Source: Batkoa obscura
Lineage: Eukaryota
Direction of reading: 5' to 3'
NCBI GenBank assembly: GCA_030770535.1
Contig: JASVEC010000015.1
Coordinates: 310,001 to 374,000, forward strand
Length of the DNA: 64,000 nucleotides
Positions 13,444-25,499 of the stretch are shown piece by piece. A program made the translations under genes and the position numbers. Each line of letters starts with the position of its first letter. Position 1 is the stretch's first letter. The notes beneath the pieces were generated by a model. It made no database searches, had not been told where the DNA came from, and saw only the letters and a program-made list of their open reading frames with translations.

Positions 13444-15534
13444 ATGTTATTAACTAACTTAAGAGAAAGATATCATAAATATAGGATTAAAAATCAATTT
13501 GAAAGATTAGTTCAATTATCTAGATTGTCTTTAATTTTTAATGATACAAGTGAAGAAGTTATTAAAGCTACCGAAGAGTTAATTCAGTTATCTCATCAAG
13601 GTAAACTTAGGAATTGGTGATATGCCAGCTCATTAAGGGAAAGGTACTAATATTCTGTTACTAGCAAAAAGATTTGTCGATGTGTTACTGTATCTAATGG
13701 ACACCTTGGATATCCATGATGAACTTAGTCCCCAATTAGTATCGCATATATTAGGTAATGAAATTGGACTTAGAAATTAAGTCATGTTTTTTAACAATAA
13801 CAAACAATAGAAATTACAGCGCTACCAAATTTTGATACCTTGAATAAATTAGTACAAAAAATCATTAAAAAAATAAAAACTGGTAGATTAAATTGTAATA
13901 GTAGTTAGCATAAGATTAATCTTTCGTTTCAATTATTAGTAAAGAATCAAGAAGAAAGTGATCGATTACGTTGTATAAGTTCCATTATACTAGGTATCAT
14001 TGCGGAAAAATTAGCTGGTAAAGGGAGCAGTAAACTATTTGATAATAATGTTATGGAGCTATTACTTGATAATATCAAAGGAGATTATAGCTATTATACC
14101 CATCTATTTACTTTTATTTCATTAGAAAATTTTGCACTGACTAGTAAGTTGAAGATCGATATTCTAGTATTATTATCTACTAATATTAGTTTCGTTACTT
14201 TAGATGAGAATAAACAAAGGTTGTTAGGAGCTAATTATAAACAGTTGCTTAAAGATTACCTTGACAAGTTGGATCTAAAGTCAAATTTAACTCATCAGAT
14301 TAAGTTTTGCGTATTGCACTCTAAAGTTGATTTTTTGGGTAATTTTATATTAGATAGTTATTAAGACTCCTTTACTTATTTTTTTTTAGAAATCCCAGTT
14401 CCAAACCAAGTAATAATTTGGTTATAATACTATTTGTAAATTATTAACTGTTATAAAATATAAGGCTATTCAAGAAGCTTTATTTTCAGGTATCAATTGC
14501 GCTTTAGATTGGTGTAGCTCGAGTTCCTTTATTAAGTTTTCGGAAGATTTAAGTCAAGTAAGTTAACTTATTACCATCTATCATTTGTTTTTTATAATAT
14601 AAATTTATAGTGTCGAAATGACAGAATTGGGTTTGCTACTACTTTAGGTACCACTTGTATCACGGATGGTAACATAATAATATAAATTTGTATTATATAA
14701 AGCTCAATTTTTTATTAAGGTAAATGGTATTTTGAAGTATTATTGCTTTCTGGTGGTATTATGCAGGTGGGTTGGGCTACTCAAGCAGCAAAATTTAAAC
14801 CGGAGGATGGTGTTGGTATTATTCTTATAGTTTTAAATGTAGAAATTAGATTTATTGTATTTATTAGGTATTGGTGATGAAGAACATTCTTTTGGTTTTG
14901 ATGGTCTACGTAACTTGAATTGGGTAATTAAAGTAAAAGTTTAATAATAATAAATTAACGATTAAATAGTATAAAGGAGAATCCACTTTATATGGAATAA
15001 ATTCATGGAAGAGTGGTAAAAGATAATATATAATTGTATTTACAATATATTAATAAGATTAATAATAACAAAGGTGATATTATTGGCGTTTACATAGATT
15101 TAGATAAAGGAAGTGGATATTATACATTAAATGGTAAAGAATTAGGAGGAACTTATTACTTTGAGCCAGGGGATATAAATTTATTTTGTGAAATTGAAGG
15201 AGGATTAAAGCCAGGGATTTCGCTAACAAGTTATCAACAAGTATTGGTTAACTTTGGTAATTTACCATTCCGATTTAGTCCAATAGAAGATTATCGGTTA
15301 TTAAGTGATTATGGTCAATTAACTCAAACGATAAAGATGGGACCAAAATACTTAAATCAAAAATTACAAGAAGATGACAAACTAGATGATAAGTGTCAGA
15401 TATGCTACCTAAATGAAGCTGGATTTCAATTATTACCATGTAAACATGATGGTTTCTGTATGGAATGTATTAATCAAATGGATATATGTCCCTTTTGCAG
15501 AATTAATATCTCTTCTTGGAAAAAAACAAATTAA
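13444..15534 (+). CDS. RSPRY1: RING finger and SPRY domain protein (RSPRY1-like E3 ligase), many small exons
   Basis: IIAEKLAG, ISLENFALTS, SPRY motifs (RND, GKWYFEV, GIMQVGWAT, GVGIGDE, WKSGDIIG, VNFG..PFRF) and C-terminal RING CQIC..LLPCKHDGFCMEC...CPFCR. Confidence 0.88.
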
Positions 15535-15716
15535 TTTTCTATTAATAGCTCTCTTTTAACTTTATTTTATTTCTGTAAATAAAACTACTTATTCATCTTT
15601 AACTTATCTTTATTCGCTTTTCTTTAAAAACTAAAAAAACATTATATATTATATACTATAAAAAATATAGTTTCATTATATAACTTAAATAATTTAACTA
15701 AAAAAAAACTAACTTC

Positions 15717-16715
15717 CTATTTGCGTGTAGCAGCTTTTCGTTTGGCAACACAATCATTACAGTACCATTTTCCTTTAGGAAGGGTCTTAAGCCCAACACA
15801 TTGGTAATGAAACCATTCTCTTACACACTATCATATTTTAAGTATTTAATTATACGCTATAATATAAAACACTTACTGTTTCGTCATCACAGCCTACCAT
15901 ATCTCCATAAGATACTTGATTGCAATAGCAATAAGTAGGTTCGTTTGGATCAGCATTCATATGATTAGAATCACTATGTAATTTTAGACTGGGTATAGCT
16001 TGATAAAATTAAAGTATACTCTTTGTCTTTTCCACGATTTTTAATAAGTTCATGTTTCTCTTTTTTCTCTAAAAAAAGGAATGAATAATTATTGACTAAT
16101 GAAATTAGATCAAATTCACTTTTGTTTGGCTGTGAACCTTCATTCTTTTTTAAGTTACTTCTTTTGTCACTCATTTCTTTGATGGGCTTGATATGAATCA
16201 ACTCACTCTGCTCAAACCTTTCTAGCTCTTCTTCTAGCTTACGGATGGTTTGGTCCGTCTGAAAACATCAAAAAATAAAAAATAAAAAATAAGCAAAAAA
16301 CTAAGCCTACCAAGTTATAAGTTTGGGCGGCCAAAGAAACCTTCTCTTCACCTTGTTTTAAAGCGTGGCCAAAGCTGATAGTCATCTTTCTTAAAACTTC
16401 ATACCGCTGTTTATCTTCCATCAAGTCTACATTTTCAAGTAAATAATTGGTATCTGTCTCCACTTCTTTTATCAAAGCTAGTTTAAATTGAAATTTAGTT
16501 TTGTTTACAGCTGATAAAAAAATACAAATTTACATTGAGAGCTAGCATCTAACTCTCGCATCAATTGTAAGTTCCTTTGTAAATCTATAGGGAGACTTTC
16601 AAGCTCTATTTCTTTTTTAATTCATTTCGCTTTTTATACTTTGTTCATTTTAATTACTTTCAATATATCCTTTTAATGACATTATTTTATTAAAAGATGT
16701 TTTTTCATCAACCAT
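15717..16715 (-). CDS. ING-family PHD finger protein (ING4/5, Pho23/Yng-like), multi-exon
   Basis: [19 protein letters not shown] and [13 protein letters not shown] (ING domain); [35 protein letters not shown]...PKGKWYC (PHD). Confidence 0.93.
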
Positions 16716-16951
16716 CTTTTCTTTGGTTTACCTAATAATAGCCAATAAAACTCATTCAATTACGAAAAGTGCTTTAATGTTGAAATTTCCACCAAAGTGT
16801 TTATCTAACAATGTTAACTTGTGTAGTTTTTATCCTATTTATCGACAAATACAATTGTAAAAATCCCTTTTGGATAATTGAAAGTGGTACAAATTTATTG
16901 CCACTGTTTCAATATAGATAATTAATGAGAATAAATTAAACCAAAGATAAT

Positions 16952-17905
16952 ATGGAAGAGGAATTACGACAGCAAATTCAAACCTGGAAGGAAAAAGGCA
17001 AGCTATTGGATATCCGTACAGCAGTAAAAGGTAGCAGCTATATTAAAGGAAGCACTTATATACCATATAACGAAAATTTTGAATTAAGATGGTGTGAACT
17101 TCCAAACAAAAATGAAGGGCTAAATATGCTAATTTCAGAAGAAGGGACAGAGATGCAACTAGTTGAAAAGATCAAACAAAGGGGTTGGAAAATAGAGCAA
17201 GTTTTTAAATCCAATAGTTTATTTTGGAAACTGATTGAAGAGTTTGATTTATTAGCAACTGATTATGAGTATAATAGATTGTTATTTTCCCCAGCGCCTT
17301 TTTTACTAAGGAATTTAAAGCTAATTGAAACCATTTTGAATGAAAGGTTTGGTCATAAGCCTCATTGGAGCACATTAGATATAGGATGCGGTAGTGGCAG
17401 GGATATGGCATGGTTAGCATTTAATAACAAAAAGTTTCACCTATACGGGATAGATTGTGTGCAGACTGCTTTAAATCGAGTAGAATTGCTTTTTAGTAAT
17501 TTAAATTTACAAACTAATTTAAAACAATTAATACGTTTAAAGTTTTTACCTGATTCCACTTTCAAATTATATACAAAAAATCAAACATTAATTTATAATG
17601 ATATCGGTAAGATTCCTTTTATCAATGTAAATAAATTCCAGTTTATCCTTTGTGTCCGATACTTGGAAAGAGCTAGTTTCATTCACCTGTACTCCCTTTT
17701 AGCTTCGGGTGGTATTTTACTCTTTTCTACTTTTTTACATTTAGAGGGTCGCTCAGATTATGAGCCTTCCTTAGAATCTGGTAAAAGATTACTTCCTGGT
17801 GAATTAGTAAAGGAATTTGGTTCTCAGTTTCAAGTTTTAATAGATTGTATAGAGTATTCGGAAGATAATAGACCTTTGAATTCTTTTTTAGCTGTTAAAA
17901 AATAA
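16952..17905 (+). CDS. Class I SAM-dependent methyltransferase with degenerate N-terminal rhodanese-like domain
   Basis: Motif I LDIGCGSGRD, later CVRYLER and LASGG; N-terminal LLDIR...IKGS..IP resembles the start of a rhodanese fold; intronless. Confidence 0.75.
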   Translation: MEEELRQQIQTWKEKGKLLDIRTAVKGSSYIKGSTYIPYNENFELRWCELPNKNEGLNMLISEEGTEMQLVEKIKQRGWKIEQVFKSNSLFWKLIEEFDLLATDYEYNRLLFSPAPFLLRNLKLIETILNERFGHKPHWSTLDIGCGSGRDMAWLAFNNKKFHLYGIDCVQTALNRVELLFSNLNLQTNLKQLIRLKFLPDSTFKLYTKNQTLIYNDIGKIPFINVNKFQFILCVRYLERASFIHLYSLLASGGILLFSTFLHLEGRSDYEPSLESGKRLLPGELVKEFGSQFQVLIDCIEYSEDNRPLNSFLAVKK

Positions 17906-18138
17906 AAGTTAAATATTTGTAATTGATTAGTTGATTTTATAAACAGTTTGTTATCTTGTTTAGATATATAATTGATAGTTGTTTAAATTTTATTTATATA
18001 ATGCAAAATCCATCTAGATTTAAGGATGTTTTTTCAAGTACATATAGCTGTTTAGTTTAAATAAAATTTTCAAAAGTTGCACACTAAGACTAGATCAATC
18101 TAAATGTTTTATTAATAAAATAAACTATTGTCAATTAT

Positions 18139-18227
18139 AGGGTGTTTTCTGATTTATTACTTCTCCATTTTTTAAGCGCTATTCAAGTGGAAAGACTGTT
18201 AGTAAAATTTTTAAAAAAACATACCCC
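18139..18227 (-). mobile_element. MITE copy (diverged)
   Basis: Reverse-orientation match with TTAAGCGCTATTCAAGTGGAAA core. Confidence 0.75.
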
Positions 18228-18916
18228 TATTTGTTTTCTAAATATTAACATATTTGTTTCTATATCTTTTACTTATAAAATTATGTCCCACAATAAAAGA
18301 AGATTTAAAAAAAATAATTTTATTAAATTCTTATCTCTTATATATAAACTAGTTTAAAAGCTCAACTTAATTTCTACCTAATTCAAATTTTTAGTAAATA
18401 TAAATTAAGCCAAAATACTATAAAATTATTTGTCTTTTATTTAATTTTAACTAAAGTATTAACTTTACTTGTTTAAAATTGAGCATATATATTAGCTGAG
18501 GATTAGTTATATTTTCAGAAAAGTATAAAGATTAAGTTATAATATTTGAAAATTTAAAATAATTTAAAAAAAATTGCAAATTAATAATATATCAAAAAAA
18601 CCCAAAGAAACTGTCATTTTAATATTAATAAATAATATTATGTACATAATAATATAATTTAGTATTTTATAATACAAAAAGGTAATTTTATATATAGATT
18701 TCTTGATTAATTAGAGCTGATATAATTTTAATTGATACATAACAATGTTTTTTTTTCGTTCAAGGACTTTATTAATTTTTTTTGGAAACTCTGGCTTTAA
18801 CTGTGAAATTTAATGCCTAATAATTAAAGTTAAAGGCCGTTTTAGTTTAACTGATTATAAGTTAATAAGCCCTAGTCTATATAATTAAAATAAACTTAAA
18901 GTGCAAAAAATAATAT

Positions 18917-19004
18917 GGGGGTGTTTTTTTTAGCTTTTACTTTATCTTTTAAGCGCTATTTGAGCGAAAAATTATTAGCAAAATCCTCACAAAAATATAT
19001 TCCC
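18917..19004 (-). mobile_element. MITE copy, ~40 bp from the transposon end
   Basis: Consensus match; TSD ATAT/ATAT. Confidence 0.8.
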
Positions 19005-19043
19005 ATATATAGTAAGCTATGAGCTGTATAAAATAAGAGGTAT

Positions 19044-21498
19044 GGGGTTGTCTGAATTAGTTTCATCATTTTATCCAATTTTCAAAAAAATTTGTATTTT
19101 AAAAACTTCGCTTAAAATTCTATAAAATCACATCTTTTATTAAAACAAAAGTACCCAAACACAGTTCTAAATCATTCTATTATAGCTCATACTGTAAGTT
19201 AGTTGAATTTCTACTAGATCTTAAATACATGTTCTTATAAAGCTTAATTGAGAAATATTTACTATCAACTGCTTTATAACCAACATTGTAGATTTATTAT
19301 CAAATAAATAAACTATTTTAATGTTATAATTACATTATTAATATATTGCCAAGTTAATAAATAGCTGCATGGGAGGGAGTGGTTAGCCCCAAAACTATAA
19401 TTAACCATCCCTATATAGTACAAGTAATAATAGTTTTTACATATTATTACAGTTACTTGTTCTTTGACTATTTATTAACTTAGCTATTAATAACTTAAGT
19501 AATCCTAACATTTAACAATCTATTTCTATCATTCAACAAACTACTTACTTGCTTAGTAAATATCGAAATTTTGAAATTCTCTGTTATCTTCGTAAGGTAA
19601 GCTGGGATCGATCTTTTAATTTTTCTGTTTTCTATAGACTCTATAACTTTAATTGGGACTATATCGCTTTTTTTTGATGTATCAGATACTGGATAACAAT
19701 GTAGTTTATTGTTATGTTTAATAAAGTGTAAATACTTCTTAATGCCTTGCATCTCTATTATTCTTTTTGTATTTTTGTTTCTTTTATACTTTTTAAAAAT
19801 TATATCTGTTTTCCCATTATTAACAGTCGAGTTATTAATTTTATTATGCTCGCAAATAAAAGCCTTAAATCTTGAAATTAATTGATCGATATCTTCTATT
19901 TTACCTAACGCTTCAAAACTACTTTTCCATTTTGAAAGGTTTCCAAAATGTCCATCAACTATACTTTTTCCATGATGCTCAGCAAAAAAATTAAGATTAA
20001 CATTCAAACTACTATTTATTTTATGAATTTCTTTAAACATATAGTGTAGAAACTCTTGGGATCTAAAATGATTTCCTGTATCTGCCCATATATTAATTTT
20101 TGTAAACTTTTTAAATAGAAGCTCTGTAGAGATTAAATCGATTAAACAATCTCCTGCATATGCTGAATCATGATTCAATATTTCAGATAAATAATCAAAG
20201 TAAACTTTGCCTATTGTTTTATCATCTTTTAAATATAATACTCCAAAACCTAATACTGATATAGCTTGTTTATTATAATGATCTAGATTTATTGAATCTG
20301 GTCTTGTTCCTATTTCCATATTTTGTTTAAAATCTAAAACTATTATACAACTTTTGTTATTTAATTTTTTGATAGTTTCATTAAATGTGTTTTTTTGAGT
20401 ATCAACACAGAATTTATGTAATTTGTATAATTTTTCTTCTTCGTTGAAAATTTCTTGTATCTCTGCTTTGTTTTTTGCTGTATTTATTTTATTTTCAAAT
20501 AACTTTTTTCTAACTGTATACTGGGTACATATATTACATAGATCCGTTTTTCTTGCTGGATTTTTGAAATTAGTTGGTATATATTTAAAGAACGTTGACC
20601 TAGCTACTGCTTTATCTCTTAGATCATTCAAATATTTACTATATATCATTCTTCTACTTTTATTTAATATATATATATTATCTGATGAATATTTACTATC
20701 GTTATTTTTTTTATTAAATCTTGATGAAATAGTTGAATCATTTAGTAAATATTGTATGATAGTTTCAATTTGGTCATCTTTAATTTTTTTTGTATTTTTA
20801 ATAATAGGTTTTAATGTTGATATTTTATTATTATTGCTTGTTTTTGAATAATCATATTGATTTCTATTTATATTAAACCCAAAACTCTTACATTCATCAA
20901 AAGAATATACTGAAGCTATAGTTGATAATAACGCTACTTGCTGGTTTTTGTTTCCTGTTTCCCTTAAAGCACTAATTTTATACATTGCTTGATTAAGTTT
21001 ATTATTATCGATAGTAAACTTTGATAATATATCTTTTCTTTGTTTTGTTTTATTATAAAATTCCATAAACCTTGGGTTGTTATAAGTAGCTCTTAAAAGT
21101 GATGTAAATGAATTACAATGTTTATATTGTGTACTCCTCCCTATTGTATTGAAATTTTCAAAAATTCCATTTCGAAGTTTAGTTATGAAAGTTTGCATTT
21201 TATTTTTATTTCAACAAAAAATAAAGTCAAATAACTGTGTTTATATAATTATGTATTTATGTAATTATATAATCATATAGTTATATATTATATATCTGTT
21301 AAATATCTAACAGAACTAACATAAAATATATAGTTAGGAAAATTAGCTATTTAAGAAAAGGAAACAATTAAAATAAGTTTTAAATAGAGACATTTAATTT
21401 TAGGCTTTTTAGATTTAACCGTTATATTGAACACAAACTTGGAATTTTAAATTTGGATTAATTTCTAAGTAGATTCTGAAACCAATTAGGACAGCCCC
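19044..21498 (-). mobile_element. Full-length Sola-like cut-and-paste DNA transposon (~2.45 kb)
   Basis: Imperfect TIRs GGGGTTGTCTGAATTAGTTTCA (from 19044) and revcomp GGGGCTGTCCTAATTGGTTTCA (to 21498); 4-bp flanks GTAT/ATAT (one mismatch); contains one long transposase ORF. Confidence 0.85.
19495..21198 (-). CDS. Transposase with candidate DDD triad (Sola-like), 567 aa, uninterrupted
   Basis: DLCNIC...H zinc-binding motif, then VLDFKQN, IWADTGNHFRSQ and FFAEHHGKSIVDGHFG (candidate catalytic D, D, D); lies between TIRs. Confidence 0.85.
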   Translation of the reverse strand: MQTFITKLRNGIFENFNTIGRSTQYKHCNSFTSLLRATYNNPRFMEFYNKTKQRKDILSKFTIDNNKLNQAMYKISALRETGNKNQQVALLSTIASVYSFDECKSFGFNINRNQYDYSKTSNNNKISTLKPIIKNTKKIKDDQIETIIQYLLNDSTISSRFNKKNNDSKYSSDNIYILNKSRRMIYSKYLNDLRDKAVARSTFFKYIPTNFKNPARKTDLCNICTQYTVRKKLFENKINTAKNKAEIQEIFNEEEKLYKLHKFCVDTQKNTFNETIKKLNNKSCIIVLDFKQNMEIGTRPDSINLDHYNKQAISVLGFGVLYLKDDKTIGKVYFDYLSEILNHDSAYAGDCLIDLISTELLFKKFTKINIWADTGNHFRSQEFLHYMFKEIHKINSSLNVNLNFFAEHHGKSIVDGHFGNLSKWKSSFEALGKIEDIDQLISRFKAFICEHNKINNSTVNNGKTDIIFKKYKRNKNTKRIIEMQGIKKYLHFIKHNNKLHCYPVSDTSKKSDIVPIKVIESIENRKIKRSIPAYLTKITENFKISIFTKQVSSLLNDRNRLLNVRIT

Positions 21499-21658
21499 AT
21501 ATGTTAATATTACAACAAATGAAATAAGCATATTAATTACCTTACATACTTTTTATAGCCCCTTTATTACTATTTACATCACTGTTACCATCAATTATTG
21601 GTTATTACAAAAGTTTAAGTTAACTTAGTATTATTTTTCTCCTTCCACTTTAATATTT

Positions 21659-21756
21659 GGGGATGTATTTTTGTATTTAAGAATTTTACTGACAATTTTT
21701 CCACTTAAATAGCGCTTAAAAAATGGAAAAATAATGAAACTAGAAAAAACAGCCCC
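21659..21756 (+). mobile_element. MITE copy
   Basis: GGGGATGT...ACAGCCCC termini; TSD ATTT/ATTT. Confidence 0.9.
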
Positions 21757-21764
21757 ATTTTTTA

Positions 21765-22320
21765 TTAATACTTCAACTCTCTGTCATTTTTGATGAGCCC
21801 TATCCGTTACTATCTTTCGCTTTTCTAAAAATTGATAAAACTTCCTCAATTTTTCTATTTCTTTCATTTGTCTTCTTAATTTTATCGCTGTTATCCTCAT
21901 TAGTTGATTGTTTTTTCTTTTTGTTAAACTAAAGAATAAATAATTTTGCCTAAAGAAAATTTATCCTTACCCTTCAATGATTTTATCCCTTTCTTCACTA
22001 TTTTTTTCGTCTACATGCAAATAGCATCTCCGTCCTTCCAGTACATACGGGATTTTATCAATATTTATAGTTATCTAAAGCCCGCATTCTCTAATCCCAT
22101 AAAGGTTTACCAAGGTATCCCGATCATTTTTTACTTTTATCATGATATCTTTTTCTGTCCCGTCTTCCATCATGCTTAAGTTGATAATATTGCTATTTCA
22201 TTAAAGTAAGCGATAAAATCTTTTGGTTTTTTATAAAATTATGTAAATTATAATGTTTCTTAAAATGGCGCGTTTTATTGGTTAATTGAATATCGCAGAA
22301 TGTAAACTAGGAGTGTGTTT
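21765..22320 (-). pseudogene. Decayed copy A (5' part) of an unknown three-copy gene or repeat family
   Basis: Minus-strand MMEDGTEKDIMIKVKNDRDTL...RRCYLHVDEK with stops; aligns by eye to 29320-29500 and 32670-32860, including the upstream CCAATAAAACGCGC. Confidence 0.6.
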
Positions 22321-23601
22321 TATTATCATTGTTTAAACTATAATTTGTATTATTGTTATTAGTATAATGGCAGTTTTTTTGATATGAATTTTAAGTCAAT
22401 AGGTTTTTTTAAACAAGATTAATTTGTATTACTAAAGTTTGAATTTTTTTTGGAAATTTGTTACTCAAAAAATAAAATAAAAATAACTTAAACAATTATA
22501 TAATAATATAAATATTAAAATTTCTTTAAGTATCATAATACCTACAAAAGCAACAGTTCTATATAAAATGAAAATATAAGTAAAAGATAAAAATACTTTT
22601 TTTTAGCTATGTCATCAACAAACAGTTAGGAATAAACAATTTAATTATAATATTATAAAAAATACAAAACCATATTAATACGAAAAACTTAGCTATGCTC
22701 TTAAAACTGGTTTTAAAATAAAACAACGATTTTACATATTTATTATTTTAAATATTAGATTAAATTAAATACATATGGATCAACAATTTCAATTTAATTT
22801 TTGAACCTATTAAACTATAGCGGGTTTTAAGCAATTATATTTATTTTTTACAATTTCAACCTAAAAAGTAATCTTGTAATTTGTAATTAGATTTTAAAAT
22901 TTAGTGCTAGTTATAGTTATTTTATATAATCTCATCCGATTTGAATTTTTTTTTGAGCACTGAAATTAAGCAAGCTTAATTATTGTAAATTAAATTAAAT
23001 CAAATCAAATCTACTAGCAATGGATAGTAATAATAGCATTAAATAGATTATATTTGATAAAGTATGCAGTTTTATTATCATATCTGAATTAAAATGTAAT
23101 AAATACTTTTTAAGTGCTTTACAAAAATCATTGTAATAAGTTAGATATTTTTGTTCTAATATTTGTTTATGTTCAATCTCTTAAACCATAAGTACTAATA
23201 AAATAAAAAATGCTGCAGCTTATTTCCTATTAAAATTTACTGGCAAAGTTTGAATTAACCATAGTCCCTCAAAAAAAGTCAAATTTAGTAAAATCGGAAA
23301 TAATTGCCACCACCTTTAAACGAAAAATGGCTTAAAATTTTGTTTCAAATAAAGCTGGAATCATAGAAAATAGTTAACTTTAGCTCAAAGTTTTTAAACC
23401 GAAACCCAGATGTCATAGGCCTAAATAGGTGTCAAAAAATAATTCCAAGCCACAAGAAATAATATAATTTGCCTAGAATCTGTTATAATACAATGAACAA
23501 GATGGTGGCTTTATAAATGAATTTATAAAATAAAAATCAGATGAAAAATTCAATCAAATAAAAACAAGATATATCTATTAGTTATCTATTTATTTTATTG
23601 T

Positions 23602-24354
23602 TTATAAATTTAAATATTTTTTCACCATAAACCAAGTTTGGGTAGAAGGTAAATAAAACTTACCGTTCAATATATACTCCTCTAACTCTTCTAAAGTAAT
23701 GTTTTCAATAATTTTAATATATTCTTCATAATCTAATTCCCTTTCGTTTTCTTTTTTACTTAATATTGGATCTATCAACAAATAGGGATAGAATTTATTA
23801 GTACCCCATTTAATTTCTAAGATGCCTTCACTTTCCTTTCCTATATTTCTCTTCTCATTATTAAAACAATCCAATAAATTAACCAACTTCCCATCCGAAT
23901 ACCCTACTTCTTCTAATACCTCTGCTTTTACACATGCATCTATATCCAAATGTTTTTTATTGTCGAAACCACCGGATACAAAACCAAACAATAGATTATT
24001 ATTACCTTGAGAATATTCTTGAATTAAAGTAAAGGTCTTTGTAGCTGAATGATAAACACAACATACAATAAATTGATGCTTGAGATTATGACCTACAATA
24101 TCGTAATCTATAATTTTATTTTGTTTAGGGAAGTGAACGGTTTGAGAATAGAGCTTTAAATAACGGGAGTATTGAAGAGATTGTGAGACAATTTGAAAGT
24201 CTTCATCAAAGGAACTGATGTTGTTGGTTGCAGATTTATGCGTTGAAGGGCCCATACCTTTAGCAATAATTGAATGAGATAAAGTTGATAGTAAATCAAA
24301 GTAATTGAAGTTGAATTGTGACATTAAATTGATTTGCTTTGATGACATCATCAA
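23602..24354 (-). CDS. Nudix hydrolase (true start may be the internal MGPST)
   Basis: Nudix-box-like GGFDNKKHLDIDACVKAEVLEEVG, preceded by LIQEY; downstream LDYEEYI. Confidence 0.8.
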   Translation of the reverse strand: MMMSSKQINLMSQFNFNYFDLLSTLSHSIIAKGMGPSTHKSATNNISSFDEDFQIVSQSLQYSRYLKLYSQTVHFPKQNKIIDYDIVGHNLKHQFIVCCVYHSATKTFTLIQEYSQGNNNLLFGFVSGGFDNKKHLDIDACVKAEVLEEVGYSDGKLVNLLDCFNNEKRNIGKESEGILEIKWGTNKFYPYLLIDPILSKKENERELDYEEYIKIIENITLEELEEYILNGKFYLPSTQTWFMVKKYLNL

Positions 24355-24523
24355 TTCTCAATCCATATAATGTTAATATTTTCATTTGTTAATTGTTAGA
24401 TGAATATGATATTCTAGAAACATAAAGTAAACAGTAAACTGGTAAAATACAAATAATTCAAGAAGCTATTTATTTCTATTATTACTTTTATTTCAACTTT
24501 TACATTATTACATATATTTATTA

Positions 24524-25499
24524 TTATTCATCATGATCCGCCCTTAATTTACCATAGCAATTATCTATCATATCTTTTTCATCATTAAATTGTATACCGC
24601 AATAAATACAATAATAGTAAGTATCTCTTAAATAGTCTATTAGCTTTAATAACATTTCCTCTATCTATATAAATGCATTTATTGGATATTATTCATGTAA
24701 ATAAACATTAAATAATAAACTTACGCTATCGTCTTCCATTTCAATTTCCATTAATTCTCCCATTTCATTAAAAAAAGGTAACCATAGTGGGTTTGAACGA
24801 ATACTCTACATAAATTACGTTGAAATAATAAATAAGAACAAAATAAAATAAAATAAAAACTTACACTATCTTCATCCAATTGTCTAGTAGTATTTAAACA
24901 TTTGATCAAATCAATTAATAACGTCTTCTTTTCAAACCTTTTTTTTTGAATTTTCTTATAACTTTCATTTTGTTTCGTTTCCATTTTCATTATCGTATCT
25001 CTTTTTTCTTTTAATTTTTCTAACTCATGAGATACCAATCCTAGCCCCTTATTATCTACAGAAAGCATAATAATGTATTAATTATTTAGGATTATTGTTA
25101 GTAATCTATATTGAGATTTACCTCCTTTCAATTCAATTTTTACGGGGGCTGTTGTTTTTTCTGGACTAAAATAAAAAAAGATACATTAAAATCAATCCTT
25201 TCTTTACATGTATAAAAGAGAAAAACTTACTTAAACCCCATCTTTTGAAGTAACTTAAAACCAACATTATCTTTTTTAATCGGTTCATTTAGTTTTTCTA
25301 GTAACTGTTCTTTAGCTTCATTAGCGTTGACATGTTTTGTAACAACTGGTTTGCTTTTTTTGGTCATTTTTTTATTATATTTTTCTTTTTCTTTAACTAT
25401 TTTATTATGTTCTTCTTCTAATTTATATAAATCTAAACTCATATAGTCTTCTTCTTCGGAGGATTCCATTTCTTCTGTCTCTATTCTTCGTTTACTCAT
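24524..25499 (-). CDS. GPATCH11: G-patch domain protein 11-like with C-terminal DUF4187 zinc finger, multi-exon
   Basis: EEEDYMS N-terminus; G-patch DNVGFKLLQKMGFK...KGLG; C-terminus YLRDTYYYCIYCGIQF...NC.G....DHDE*. Confidence 0.88.

Noticed and set aside
19044..19494. Fanzor/TnpB nuclease gene inside the transposon
   Set aside because: No ORF or RuvC motifs in the 450 bp available; only the hairpin structure is seen.
20423..20851. Antisense ORFs (e.g. 20423-20851, 9790-9984, 23822-24010, 37993-38226, 57304-57627, 59065-59355, 61946-62284)
   Set aside because: Shadows of real genes on the opposite strand, with no independent motifs.
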